A DNA stretch of 64,000 nt, from contig CAIIXF020000001.1 of assembly GCA_903813345.2 (NCBI GenBank), forward strand, positions 40,610,001 through 40,674,000, written 5' to 3'. A program made the translations under genes and the position numbers. Shown one piece after another: positions 1 through 15,100 of this stretch (position 1 is its first letter; every line of letters starts with the position of its first letter). Source of the stretch: Owenia fusiformis (lineage: Eukaryota). Under the pieces are notes generated by a model. It was given only the letters and a program-made list of their open reading frames with translations. It had not been told where the DNA came from and searched no databases.

Positions 1-56
1 TATAATGAACATGCATATAAATTAGCATTTCTTTGTGAATGAAAAGTGAAACCTAC

Positions 57-177
57 TTCTTGTTAGATCAAACTCTAAATCCTCCATATACTCATCAGTT
101 GGATCATTCATGTTGAAACATGTTGAGTCTGAAGACATTGCTAGTCTCATAGCACTGGTGCCTAGATCATGGAACCT
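57..177 (-). CDS. Coding exon 7 of the secreted Cys-rich protein
   Basis: ctttctccattccag| RFHDLGTSAMRLAMSSDSTCFNMNDPTDEYMEDLEFDLTR A|gtaggt; 121 nt, phase 0 to 1. Confidence 0.85.
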
Positions 178-3100
178 CTGGAATGGAGAAAGTACAAAGG
201 TCATAGAATCTATGGAATAAAGTGTGCATAGATCATGGAATCTCTGGAACAGAATATCTAGAATAGAAAGGATGCATAGGTCGTGGAATTTCTGGAATAA
301 AGATGGTACATAGGTCACATAATCTCTGGAATAGAGATGGTACATAGGTCACATAATCTCTGGAATAGAGATGGTACATAGGTCACATAATCTCTGGAAT
401 AGAGATGGTACATAGGTCACATAATCTCTGGAATAGAGATGGTACATAGGTCACATAATCTCTGGAATAGAAATGGTACATAGGTCACATAATCTCTGGA
501 ATAGAGATGGTACATAGGTCACATAATCTCTGGAATAGAGATGGTACATAGGTCACATAATCTCTGGAATAGAAATGGTACATAGGTCACATAATCTCTG
601 GAATAGAGATGGTACATAGGTCACATAATCTCTGGAATAGAGATGGTACATAGGTCACATAATCTCTGGAATAGAAATGGTACATAGGTCACATAATCTC
701 TGGAATAGAAATGGTACATAGGTCACATAATCTCTGGAATAGAGATGGTACATAGGTCACATAATCTCTGGAATGGACAGGGTGCCTAAATCATGAAGTC
801 TAGAATAGAGATGGAGTATAGGTCACAGAATTTCTGGAATGGAGATGGTACATAGGTCACATAATCTCTGGAATAGAGATGGTACATAGGTCACATAATC
901 TCTGGAATAGAAATGGTACATAGGTCACATAATCTCTGGAATAGAGATGGTACATAGGTCACATAATCTCTGGAATAGAAATGGTACATAGGTCACATAA
1001 TCTCTGGAATAGAGATGGTACATAGGTCACATAATCTCTGGAATGGACAGGGTGCCTAAATCATGAAGTCTAGAATAGAGATGGAGTATAGGTCACAGAA
1101 TTTCTGGAATGGAGAGGGTCACCGAATCTCTGAAATAAAAAGGGTACATTATGAGGCAAATAGGTCATAAGATCTCAGGAATAGAAGGAATAGAAAGGAT
1201 GTAAAGGTCAAGTGATCTCTGTAATTCAGAGAAGGAAACAAGTACCGAAGTCATTGACATTCCTAGAATATAGTTCATCTAGGTCATGGGCTACCTGAAA
1301 TATAGCAACTTGAATCTAGATTATAGAATAATTACAATAGAGAGTGTTTCTGTTATCTAGGTCACGGCTTGCATCAAAAAAGGTAAAACAAAACATGACA
1401 CTTAAAAATGATATACAGTGTACAGTGTGTGTATATTTGAAATCACAAGCACAACCATCTGATGCATGTTATATATATAACAAGGCATTGACATGCAAAA
1501 TATCACCACCTGCCATTTGTTACAAATGCTAAACACCAACTGCCGTTTGCTGGCAATCAAACACGAACCGCCAAATGCTGACCACAGAACACCATCCAAA
1601 AAAAGGTTGGAGACAAAAACAATATGTCACAACTTCTGGTGGTGACATAATAATCATGGACATTCAAATGAATCTGATATAGATATCTTAAAACATTCTT
1701 ATAGTAAAGGACAAGAATACCAATAATGACCAATTAAAACAACAAGCATTACATGCAACAATAACAAATATAGATTGTAACAGCAAATTGCTTAACCAAA
1801 CATTAAAAAGATGTCACTTCTATGAGCACATTCACAATTAAAAACAGCAATATAAATATCATAAATTCTTATGAGCTGTTTGATTTGCAGACTTGTAATA
1901 AAGCATAAACTAGCATTGTAATGTGTTATAAGATCCAATATCTACACGATAAAACTACTAACTCAATTGTCTCTAGATTATCTAACTCCTCGCGAGATGA
2001 TTACTATGCCTAGCATGCCTAAGAAAATGACCTTAGTGGCGGTAGTTGCAAATTATATTTTAAGCCTGAATCCCTTGAGAAGATGGTTTATTTCATTAGA
2101 ACCAATCCATCGATTGACATTATGGGGCCTTAAGGACCAGTCGAGATGAAATAAGAGCCTCGCTGGTATTCATCTACCTAGCCTGCATGCAAATAGGACG
2201 AGGGACCGAAAAGGGGAGAAAATTATGTTCATATAATCTGTATTTGACAAGTGTTTGTGATGCAATTGCAATGTGAGATGTTAAGATCTATGTGATGTTG
2301 GATTGAATAATCTGACTTAACTAAGATGAGCTTTTTACATGTTGGTTAGCACAATGACGATATAATAGACAAGAGTCCAAATGGTCATCCATTTGGCCCA
2401 AATTAAATAGCAATAATTCATGTGTTACAATAGTGATTCTCAGCTCTATTCTCCAAATTAATACTCACTTACAATTTACAACATTAAGCTAAGTTCACAC
2501 CAACGGCGCTTTGATAGCACTTTAAAGCGCCGCGCAAATGGCTTTACACGGTGCTTTAAAGCGCCGTTGGTGTGAATTTAGTTTTACAATTTAAAACATC
2601 AAGAAGATTATTGAATAATTACAGACATTTTGATGTACAGTAAATAAGATTGGATGTAGTGAACACTGAACAGGCACTATAATCACATTAGTGCTGGATA
2701 CTGACCAGAGCCCACAACACAGTATAACAATGAGTGCAGATAGTAATGATAAGATCTGTCCAAAAACCTCTCACCATTTGAAACAATGGATATGTGCAAT
2801 GTACAACATTCAAAGCCATTAAAACACAAAATACAACAAAACTGTAATGATGAAGCATATTCATTTCACTGAATTAGTTCAAACAGAAACAAATAAACGA
2901 TGCAATGTTAAGAAACTGTAGAATACTAAAATATAAGGGAATCTGAACTTCTCGTAAAACAGGACCCGAAAGCACAAGATGATGACTGCTAGTACAAACT
3001 GGGCAAACATGTATGACATATAGTCATATCACACCCAGCTTACTAAAACCAAAAGTTTGGACAAATTATGTGAAAACTAATGATTCAAACCGTGTTACTG

Positions 3101-6100
3101 AAAAATGACCCACTTATAACATCATTAAAAACACCATTATCAATAACGTGTATATTGTACATGGTGTTATACTAACGTGGTTCAGTGGTTTGTAATTCAG
3201 TTTGGGGTTTAAGCTGCTAACAGTATGGGTATACAGGCTCGTAGCCAGGATTTGCCAAGGGGGGTTCAGTTTTCAAAAATTTCCAGGGGGGTTCACATTT
3301 GACAATTTTGGCCCAAATATGGCTAAAAGTGCTCAAAATGGTGAAAAACTGCAGGATTTTGAAAGAATTTTTGGCCAGGGGGGGGGTTTGCCTGAACCCT
3401 GCGAACCTCCCCCCCTGGCTACGGGCCTGGTATATTTGTCCACACTATCAGTTTGCATTCTATGTACTAGCAGTGATCCATTCATACTCCAAGTTCTCGT
3501 ATGTACAAAGTCAGTTCAGACTCCCTGGAGATTCAAGATTAACTACAAAAAGAAATTCTGGTGATCCTTACCGAATCTTTTGTTACAAATTTCTAAAATA
3601 AAAAGAAACAATTGGGATAATCGTAATGAGGTACTGCAGCTGGCATCCAATTAGCTAAGTAACTCAGGAGATTAGGAGGTATGGGAAATAGCAAATTATT
3701 CTACTGGAACAACTATAATCATGAACGTATTATGAAGAAGCTTATTCTATAATGATTTATTCATTCATGACTATCATTTTTTCAAATGCTATCAATCAAC
3801 GCAAAAAATTCACACTAAGCACATATAACAATGATAAATTTTGATGATAATTTGATTAACTAAACAGTATCTTGATATCACCATATATATGTTGGATCCG
3901 TACTTAAACTGTACAGCATCTGTATGTATTATCTCAATTTATAATGTATGTATGCATTATATGTACTTGTAATGTACAGTATATGTATGTGTTATCTGTA
4001 CTTACAATGTATGTATATGTTATCTGTTCTTGCAATATACATTATATGAACGTGTTATATGTACTTTTAATGTACAGTATCTATTGGATATGTTATCTGT
4101 ACTTAGAATAGAATGCACATTACATGAACGTGTTATATGTACTTATAATGCACAATACCTGTATGTGTTAGCTGTACTTACAATTTACATTATATGAATA
4201 TTTTATCTGTATTTCAATGCACATCATCTGCATCTGTTATCTGTACTCATATCAATACTTACAATACATCTGTGTGTGTTATTTGTACTCATATCAGTAC
4301 TTACAATGGATTTGTATGTGTTAGCTGTACTCATATCAGAACTTACAATGCATCCGTATGAGTTATCTGTACTCATGTCAGTACTTACAATGCATCTGTA
4401 TGAGTTATCTCTACTCATATCAGCAGTTACAACTGTATTTGTATGTGTTATCTGTACTCATATCAGTACTTACAATGCATCTGTATGAGTTATCTGTACT
4501 CATATCAGCAGTTACAACTGTATTTGTATGTGTTGTCTGCACTCATATCAGAACTTACAATGCATCTGTATGAGTTATCTGTACTCATGTCAGCAGTTAC
4601 AATGCATCTGTATGTGTTATCTGTACTCATGTCAGTACTTACAATGCATCTGTATGTGTTATCTGTGTCAGTGAAGCCAGGACCATGCATCTTGGTGTAC
4701 ATGTAGTCATCAGTGCCATCTTTCCATGTAGCCAGACATTGTAATCCAGCAACTACAAATAGTATAATAATGTAACAATATCTCACACAAAGTAGACCAA
4801 CTCAAAACAGAAAGTGCAAAAAAGGATGATAGAGGCCAGTTGAGGGTTGTTTGAATTTGCAATTGTTTAGGCTCATAGCATTCCTCATTTTGTAGATTTT
4901 CTTAAAATCCAGGAGATCTAACCTTACATGTTGGAAATTTCTGCATCTATAAGCATGTGAACATTTCCCTTACAATCCACTTTTTGGAAAAATAAATTGA
5001 GATATCTCATCAAATATAGAAATCGGCAGATATGTCCAAATTGATTAGAATTGAAAAGGGAGATATCACCTTTTGAAAACCATTGCCAGATATTGAAAGA
5101 AAGTCAGAACTAAAAGGTAAGCCATGAACTGAGAGCAAACAAACTTTTAGCAGCCCATGGAGACAATACTGCGACTGTGAAATAGAATAACTGTGACAAA
5201 CCTCTATCATAGGTATCATCTATGCCATAACAATGCTTGAACTCAATCTGGAACTGAGATCTACTGCTACACTCCATCATTGATGAGAGAGGGTCCTGAC
5301 ACCTGCCAGAGTTATTGTTGTAGCTGAACAGGAATGCCCCTTCAAACGGACATGGCACTGGGAGACCACCATCTACAAAGAAAACACAATTGTTACTTTA
5401 TAGCCAAATAAAGTACATGCATGTATATTCAGGTAGACATAAATAGTAATATAATTCAATCATTTAAATACACAGAAAATATCAGTATTTGTTTTTTGTT
5501 CTTCCAATTGGCATTTCATCTGCACTAAATTAAGTTTGGATCCACCCAATATCATACAGCACAAATTTGTCTGCAACATTCATTTCAAATCAAATTCCCA
5601 AGTCATAAGAGACCATAAAATTGTTGTTATTATCCTCAAAACTGTAAAACCATTTGTAATAATCAGAGGGCAGTGTGACTAACCAATGGACCAACCAAGG
5701 GTATTATACAGTCGCAACAATTTGCATAGGAATTACAAAATTGTGAAGAGCGTAGTTGCAACTTGCTTCTAGCTTGCAAGAATAGCACAAAGGGTTATTC
5801 GATTTTTCCTGATCTTAATTTTATTGTTGAAATTCCTATTAGTGTCTCCTCATGAATGAGACCCCTGGGTGTCATAATGGCAACCAGTAGAATAGGGAGC
5901 AAAACACTTCCATTATAGACATCGATAGTAGGCTTTTAAGCTTGCTATAAAACTTTTTAACATGGGATTTACTCTCATGTAGTAAGAGCAGAAAAGTGAA
6001 GAGTTTAGTGAAAAATTGCTACTGATAAGGGATCATGTCTGAAGATGTATCATGGGACAACTACTTTATCACTGTAATTTTACTTAATATTCAACATATT

Positions 6101-9100
6101 CCTTGGAAGGGGATTGAAGGGGCCTCTTCCATTATACTAGGTAGCATTATACTTCATGTTTATTCAAGATCTGAGATTCAAAACTTGTGAAGGTTTATGT
6201 AAGTAAAAAACAATCCACAACCCATTCTGATACTCAAATCATCTTTCTGTTTCACCTGAAACCCATCACCCATCTTAGGGCTGAGAAGAAATGAGATGCC
6301 ATGTTTATCATGATGTCCACAACCATAGTTATGAGAATATGTACAAGTCATACTGTGAAACCAGTGTATTCCTTCAGTGAAATACCTTGATGGATCAAGA
6401 TGGTATTTAGTAAGATCAAGGTGAAAAGCATGTCATTCAATCTGATACTCATCACACCTTTTCTTTCTCATGCAATATACATTAATGCTTCTTCTTTGAT
6501 CTGAACTCATCCAATGCAATGTCATGACATCTCAGAACAGACTAGAAATGAAAAGACATGTTTATCAACATGCATGTCACTCAGTCTCCTGTTACCCTTT
6601 GCATTAGTTAGCTTCATATACTCTTTAAGTTCAAGAGAAACCTCTGAACTTGCCGAGCCAACCAGAGCTTGTCATCACCAGAAGGATGATTTTCTATATA
6701 TGGCCATTTCCTCTGATGTCATCGTTGACCCAGTATTGACCATCATTGACACATTATCTAGACATGTTTCTTTCTGCTTGCTGATTGGTTGAGAAAATGT
6801 CAGCGTGGTGAATTTGAATTGATTTATGACCTGGGGTGTGATATCAACAAGCAGGGGAGGTGGGGCTACTGTGTTTCAGGTATACTGAAACTATTGTGTA
6901 TACTTACCTCTGACTAATGTTTGGAGATGGCTTGTTGGGTCTATGTCAGCATAACACAAGTCATGGAATGTTTTTCTACCTGGATGACAATAACCTAGAA
7001 AAAAAAGAGTACATGTATTACAATATAATATGTGTAGCTACCCTCTGCAAGACCATGGGGTTTCAACTAGACTCTAACTAGACTCTAATTGAAAGCCAAT
7101 GGCAAGACTTACTTTGTCTCATATGCTCAACTGACAAACATCAAGCATGGTTCTGTATATTTGTAAACATATTAGTTTGATTCTGTAAGGCTCTCTGATT
7201 GGTTGTATGCTTAACTCTTAATTAACTGATCTTAGTAAATAGGTAATTAGTGAATTATCCAATAAGCCCAGGGTAATAATTCATATCAAGTATGAGAAAT
7301 CATAAATGTTAGAACTCGAAAAACAGACAGAAAACCATTTTAAAGAATAACTTTTGCCCTGTCAGGGCAACACTTTGTGGACAAGATATATCAATTATTT
7401 CTTATTTCTGAGAAGACATCTTTAATCAACGAGTATCCGCCCTGTTATTAGAGAAAATGGGAAGGACATGATGAGAATGTGGGAGTTTGAGTTCAAACAT
7501 TGGGGCTTTGTGACAAAGCAATTACAAATCCTATGCTCATTTAGTTTTTATCCATTAGAACATTAATCACTCAAAGTTTTTTCATTCAGTCTCGATCGAC
7601 ATTTTACGAATTTCAGGCATCAATAATTCAACATGATCTCTGAGAAAAACTAAAACTCATTAATTTTTTATATAAATTACAGCCATAAAAAGCCGTAAAT
7701 GATAGAGGGAAATAGTTACATGTTGAGTATTGCAAACATTGGAAAAATAATCTCTAATCATCATCATTGCGCTTAATATGACAATACATATTCAGTTCTA
7801 TTTTCCTAGATAAGGATTCAAAAGAAGTCAATTATCAAAGATAAATAAAAGAAATAGGCAATAAGATAGAAATGCAAGCTTACTTTGTTTATATTGAAGA
7901 ACATTTGCATGTCTTGGAGTTACATGGATGCATTTCCAACAATTTGGCTGATCACTGAAATTAGAGAACAAGAAAATTAAATAATGGAATTTACACTCCC
8001 CTCCATAAGTTATTCAGCAAGAAGACCCCAATGGATTGCATGTTGTGAAAACATTTTTAAATATGAAGCTTAACCTAACTGCTGAATAACAAGAAGTTTG
8101 AAATCAATCATGAGATGAATTTTGTAAAATCTCCAAAAAGCCTGTTACAGGGTCAAAGGGGGGACTTCTGATTCCCAAACTTTTGAGGGAGAGTGTGCCG
8201 GGGTACAAAATGCATATCAATCCCAAAAGCACATAAATCTAAATGCACATCAATCTGAGGTGCACAGCAATCTATTAGCGTATCAATAAAACCAGCAATA
8301 AATTACAATTTCTATTCAATAACCTTTATAAAAAAACAGGAGCGCTGCAATTAACAGACAAGACAATGCTATAATCCACAGGGGATAATGGTTTCATCTC
8401 ATTTAGTAATGCAACTCAATTAAGTGAAGTATATTCCACCATCCATGGGTCATATGGGGAAATAAGGGTGTCAAGTTGCTGAAAGTCAAAAGCTTACAGG
8501 CTATATATCAATTTGTTGATAAAATATTTGAGAAATTAGGCTGAAATTTACAGGTGTACATAGTTACTTTCTGACCTTTGCCCTACTAGACATCTGCCTA
8601 ATTTATCAAACACCAAACTTCATATTTTCTATGTGTTTATCATAAATTTATTTCACCTTTCGAGTAGTGTTCTCAACACGTTTTTTAATATGATATATGA
8701 TGTATATTATAAGTGTGTGAGAATGAGTTAGTCTGCATTCAACATTTGAATCCAAGTGATAAATTCATTTTAGGAGAATTTTGTAACAAACAGGACGCTT
8801 CTGTTCATTTAATTAAACAACAAAAATGTCTTTAGAAATATGAGCATACACATATAAACATGGGCTTTCAATATGCCCATGATATAAACAAGGGCTCAGC
8901 AATGCAAAATATCACCTGGTTGCAATTACGAAGGTGCAATCATTTGTTATGAATCCTGAATTCAAAATACCAGTCACAAAAATGCCGCAAAATGGTGGCT
9001 ATGCAAAGGATACACTCACCACATATTGGTAGTGACATAAATTCTTAATTTCAGAGTAATAATTGAATACTCCCTACTAGACAATATCTGCCTAATTTAT

Positions 9101-12100
9101 ATGAAAAAATTAAGGTAGTATCTGGCAGAGAGATGCAAAAACAAGGTGTTTCTCTCCTCTCTTGCTAAAAAGGAAAACCTGACCTTAAAAACAAACAAGA
9201 AAATTAGAGAATTATTTCTGGAATTCTGATTGCATATAAATGATTCCGTCTGAGAAATGCCTCAATCTGTTTGTAATTCTAAGTGGCCTAAATGTAGCCC
9301 GATGGTGCTGTCATTTATCAACATGGCAAATGAGCTGTCTGCTGTAATGTAGAATGGAAGAGCCAAATCTTGCCTCATCAGAACTATACAAAGATTATAA
9401 TAAGTCACATTAGACTATGAGCTCTAGGAGCCTACATATATACATTGTATTTCATGTATCCAGTAAAAAATATTAGCTGAAAATATTTCTTCCAACTGGT
9501 ACCATTTTCTATTTACTGTCTGTCTGTTCATTTATTTTCTGTTCCAGCAACACCCCTACCCCTAAACTAATTATCACCAAAAGAGGGCTGGAAATTTTGA
9601 GCTTGATCCAAGAAAATCTACAATTGCTTCACAGAACATAAGCTTTATAAGGATTGCTAGTTCATTTCTCTTACATCCAAATTCAGGGCTGCTCAGTGAA
9701 ACAGAAGCTTTGCTACATGGATGGCCTAATAAACCAGAAGAAAGAAGAATAATGAGAAAGATACTGAAGATCAAAGCCTGATTAGTTACCAGATTCTGCA
9801 AGTATCTAGCTCTTTTAAAACCTAACTGTCTCTTTAACAGTATCTTACATCAACATTACCTAATTTGACATAAAGTGTTAAGATAATATAAAGTCTGTTT
9901 CTAAATTTGGCATTGGGACTCAATTTTGAAGAGATCTTTACTTTTAAACTTCCCTGAAGCCAAAATGCTAGTATTAATCAGATGAAGCCAAAATGCTAGT
10001 ATTAATCAGATGAAGCCAAAATGCTAGTATTAATCAGATGAAGCTCTCTTTTAATGAAGTGAAAACAAACTATTGGAATGGGTCAATTTACCCTTGACCA
10101 GAATATTTTTCTTTTTTGTTCTGGTATTCTACTGAAGTCCAAAGTGATGTTCTCTGGGCACTTTCACAATAAATATTTGGGATTATCCTAATCCTGGATA
10201 TATCCACCCGTATTATATTGTGAGGGAAAATGAGACTACTGGAATAATTCTCATTTGAGTAGAATAATTCAATTATCTCATTGAAAATACTTGATCTCTC
10301 CAGAACTGCTACATCGAAGTACCACTTCCCATCTATTGAAGTTCAAATTAAATGTTGAAAAGTTAATTCTAAAAGCGATTGACTAATTATATTATAAACT
10401 GACTGGTTTTCCAACTGTCAGAGTTCATCATGGGGAACTCTAAACATTCACAAAAAATGTTTGGAAATCTGACGTTTTGAGGTGATTGGAGGAGAGCAAG
10501 CAGTGCAAAACATCAGTTGAATGTAAGACTATATTGATGATATCATTGATGCATGGAAGTTCTGTTAGTCCACTAATCAAAATAACAAAAAGTTTTTTTT
10601 AGATCAATAGAATGTAATATTTGGTTAATCAGTCAATTTATACTACATTGGCTTAATAGTAGGATCATCTTCACTTGTGATCTTTCTTGATACAGTGACT
10701 TAATAACACCAGTGTTCCAAGATGAGCTTATTGCATGATCATTCCTGATGGTACCTTCCTGGTCTATAATATGGTCAGAGGACAAAGACCATTATAATGC
10801 AATAACCAATATTTATAGTAATAGCTAAATAAGTGATGGAGAATGTTTGCAGAACATAAACAGGAGACAAATCCAAAGAGAACATCATTAAGGAAAGCAC
10901 TGGCAGCGGAACAATATGCAAATAAATGTCCCAGCAGGCCATACTTTGAGGCAACCTAAGCAAATGCCCAGTCAGAATTCTAAATTTCTCTGTTTTCGTA
11001 TTTCTCTGTTTTCTTTTCCTCATAGATTTCCAAAATGATGTGAAGTGGCCTTGTGGGTTGGCATATTTTACAACTGCCATTTAAAGGCATCTCTCCAAGA
11101 GGGGAATACCATCTTTACTCCCCCGTGCCCGTAGCCAGCTTTTGCCAAGGGTGGTCACTATTCAACAGGGGGTTCACATTTGACAACTTTGGTCCAAAAT
11201 TACTTGAAAAGTGCCCAGAATGGTGAAAAAAATTTTATTGTTTTATTTCCATTTATTAAATCATGTTACAAATACATTTTTTCTTATAGCTATTTCCTTC
11301 CTTAAAGAGTGTAATATAACATCTAAAATTCTATCCTTATTGTCATTTATCTGTCCTAGGTAAACCTTAAAAATAGTATATGTTATTACACTGATTAAAT
11401 AGTTGAGAAATTTTGTGAAATCATCATTGGTGAAAAACTGCATGATTTTGAAAGAATTTTGCCCCCCTCCTCCTTTGTTAGGGGCCTTTCCCCCATGTCC
11501 ATACATCTTGGCCTTAGATAACTTTCAACTCAGTAAATTCATACCAGGCTTGACTGGTGTAACATGTTAAGCTATAAGGTACATCTGCATAAGACTTAAT
11601 CATTATTCCATTAGTTTCATAAAGTGATTTGCTTCATAATATTCATGTAATGCAATCTTAATTCATATACTGACATAATTTCTTAATCCCATTTGCAAAT
11701 AAAGTTATTGTTTTGTCTCAAAGAAACCAATTTCTTGATTGGCTCAACAAGGATCAATTTCATTCATACAATTATTGATATCATTGAACGTACTTTGGTT
11801 CATTACATCACACTTTGTAACAAATGAATAATTATAGCACAAGAAACTCACTGACCCAGAATAATATCTGGCAAATTCAACCCTAAGGCACCTGTCATGG
11901 TATAACACACACCATGTAATATTATCAAATAATAATATCATTTAATTCCATAAAGAAAATTAACATAATAATCGAACATGTGATCAAAGGGACATAATTG
12001 AAGCATGAATATTTCCTAATTAAGGGCTAGCACAGGAACAAAGCTCTTGTAATTGTGTTAAAAAACCAATCACATGTTGCGAAAGATAAAACGTCTCATG

Positions 12101-15100
12101 TGAATTGTATCGATCCTTTAAGACAGATGGGAGTTTGGAACTAAGAAAGGCAATTTTGTAATCGAGAACAAAACCCAAATCACAATGAACCTAGAGGAAA
12201 GGGGAGTAATGTAATGGGCCTGAAGTTAAAGTGATTGTTTAGCTTATAAATTATCTATTTTTCTCCAGAAATACTACGAACATTTTACTATACAAGGCAT
12301 GAACATGCAAAATGTCACAACCAGCCATTTGTTACAGATGCCAAACGTCAATTGCCGAATGAAATCACAAAAGATTGGGGACCTATGTCACTATGTCACC
12401 ACTTTTGGTGGTGACATAAAAAGTGTTTTTTTAATGCAGAACTAATGTGGATTTCAGTTTGTGAGAGACTGATAGTATAACTTCAAGAACCAAAAACGGA
12501 GAGAAAAGCAGACCTGTTGTTTGGCTAATAAAATTTTCTCAATAAATCTTTCCTATTCAAAATACATTTTTCAAGCACTGGAGATGAAATTTCTCATTGT
12601 TGTATACTACTATACATCTGTTTTAGATGCAGAACTAATATAGATTATACTTCCCAACCCCAACTTGAGGGAACATATGAGAAAAGAGAGATGGCTAAAA
12701 ACATATTGTCTAGTTTGTGGATGATACGAATCCCTTGTAATAATCTCAATGCAAATCTCAAATATTCACATTATTAAACATATATATATATTGCTTATAT
12801 ACTGGGAGGTTAAGATAAACAATTCACCTTGGGTCTCATGAGAACTTGACTATTATTTCACATAAGACCCAAGGCTCATTGTTTATCCTTTACATAAAAC
12901 ACTACTAGATCATTATAATTTCAAATTCAGAGCCAAAGTAGAATTATCCAATTATTAAAACATTATTCCAGCAACCATTTTTTTATTTCTATATTATACT
13001 GACACTTATTTGATAATACTGCAATTCTGAATGCGATGAGCACATTTTGAAGTCTCCAAGTTCTACTTTATCTGCATACTCAACATTATGATGGCCCTCA
13101 TGTGTGGTTGTCACAAAAGTAATTTGGCAATGATCTCATACAGGATCTGTTAATGCAATAACATGTATGGTAATTCACTCTTGATTGTATTTATTAACTC
13201 TAGGATCTCTTGTGTCTATGGAGTCTATGCTGAATGTATTCTATGTGGACTTATGACTAACAAAAAGCTAAACTAACATGAATTCAAATAAAAATCAACA
13301 CGACAGGAAACAGTGATAAATACTACACTCGAAGAGCAAAACAGTCAGAGAAAGAAAAGGAAGGGTCAAGTTCGTAAATAGGGTGATGCGGGACCAAGAG
13401 AAAAAATATGACTATGAAAACAAGGCTTAACATGCAAAATGTCACCACCTGTCATTTATCACTGACACCAAACACCAACCACCAAATACCAACCACCACC
13501 ACAAAAAAATGGAAACATAAAAATTAACTACAAAATTCTCAAGTAATACATTTTCCTGGCACAAGAAATGAATTCCATTGAGCAATCGTACTTGTATGTT
13601 TCATTTTTACAAATGTACAATGATTACATCCTCACTTACTAATTTGATTTTTAATGAAAATGTCAAGCCTTGGGAACTTAAGATGCATTGATTATAGGTC
13701 ATCAATATTACACCTCAGAAATAATATGTATAGATTTGCATTGTATTCATCCAGAAACTTTTGTACACAAAATCAACTACAACATTTTCTGACAACAATT
13801 TTTTCTATTGATTAGGGAGATTATTTAGAACCATGTGAATCGATGCAATCACCATTTATATCATATTGCATGGCTAAAGACCAATTTAAAGGATGAGAAA
13901 ATCACTTTAACCTTGTAGATAATTCTAAACCCTCCCTATTCTTGGCACTGAAAAATGAATCTGCTTCTTTCATGCTTTTTATGAACTAAAACTAATTTAT
14001 ATAACATAATTTATGTGTTTTAGTTGATTGCATATTAAGGGCATTTTGCTAAGTTAGGTCTCATGCAGTACCCTGTACAAAAGCTTGATGCCAACCAGCA
14101 CTCTTTAAGTAAGAGATTCTTTGGTGAATCCTATATCCAATCAGAATGCTTTGTCAGAAAATCAATACAGCTATATTTTCTGCAGATAAATAGCTAACAT
14201 TCATTCAAATCCTGAATTAAATTCAACCTCCATAACAGGCCATGAAAGTTACATTTGAGATTGTTAAGATGAAATCATCTATTCTAGTCAGAGGAAAGTA
14301 TTACAAGCTGAGGGAGATTCAGAGTAAAGACAAAGTTTCATATTGTGATCTAAAGGCCTACTTCCATTCTAAATCCTGATCCAATCGATAGCATTCTAAT
14401 TCGTAAGCAATAATTAAAGGGAGACTGTTTGCAATTTCTATATTTTACTATCATGCTACTGCACCATGGGTCAGTAAAAAACATCCATTAACATGCTGAT
14501 AATATTGATCATCAGGTAATACATTGGGTCTTAAAAACAAATTAATACCAGGAAAGTTATGATTAAAATGCAATTAAGCCAGGGAATATAAGATATGAAA
14601 TCCTCTTAAATTATGTTTTAAGCTATCTATTGGCTTGTGATACAGCAGGATCATTACAGTTTCATTCTTGCTAATTTCAGCCAGATATTTTAGCCAATTT
14701 TTTAAAATTCTAGATGCGAAGTACCTATTCAGGAGACAATCAAAGACACAATGTATAGGCAAGCCAGGTAGCAAGAGATGGGTGCATAAGAAATATTAAT
14801 GAGGTTCATGAGCCCTAAGAATAGGCAAGACAAATCATAAGCTAAACAGGATACCATTTCATAGATTTCGTTTTTACAGTTTCAGTCTGAATAAATAATC
14901 TCTGTAAAAGTTTCCTTCTTCGCCTCATATCAGGCTGGGCCTCTTTGAATAAGCCAAAGAGTATATTATATTGAACATAACAACACTATAATACAATACA
15001 TATTGTGCACCCAATAGGTACCATTCTAAAGGGAGGGGAAATTACAATTAAAAATTTCCTCAAATAAAATACACACTCTAGAATGTAATTTTCGACCGAT

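Noticed and set aside
4224..4706. Overlapping plus- and minus-strand ORFs in the 42-bp array
   Set aside because: Repeat-derived. Only the minus-strand exon 4752-4643 and its possible in-frame extensions are supported.
9574..9801. Hydrophobic ORF resembling a signal-peptide exon
   Set aside because: It lies in the intron between exons 2 and 3, which already join in phase, and it has a non-ATG start.
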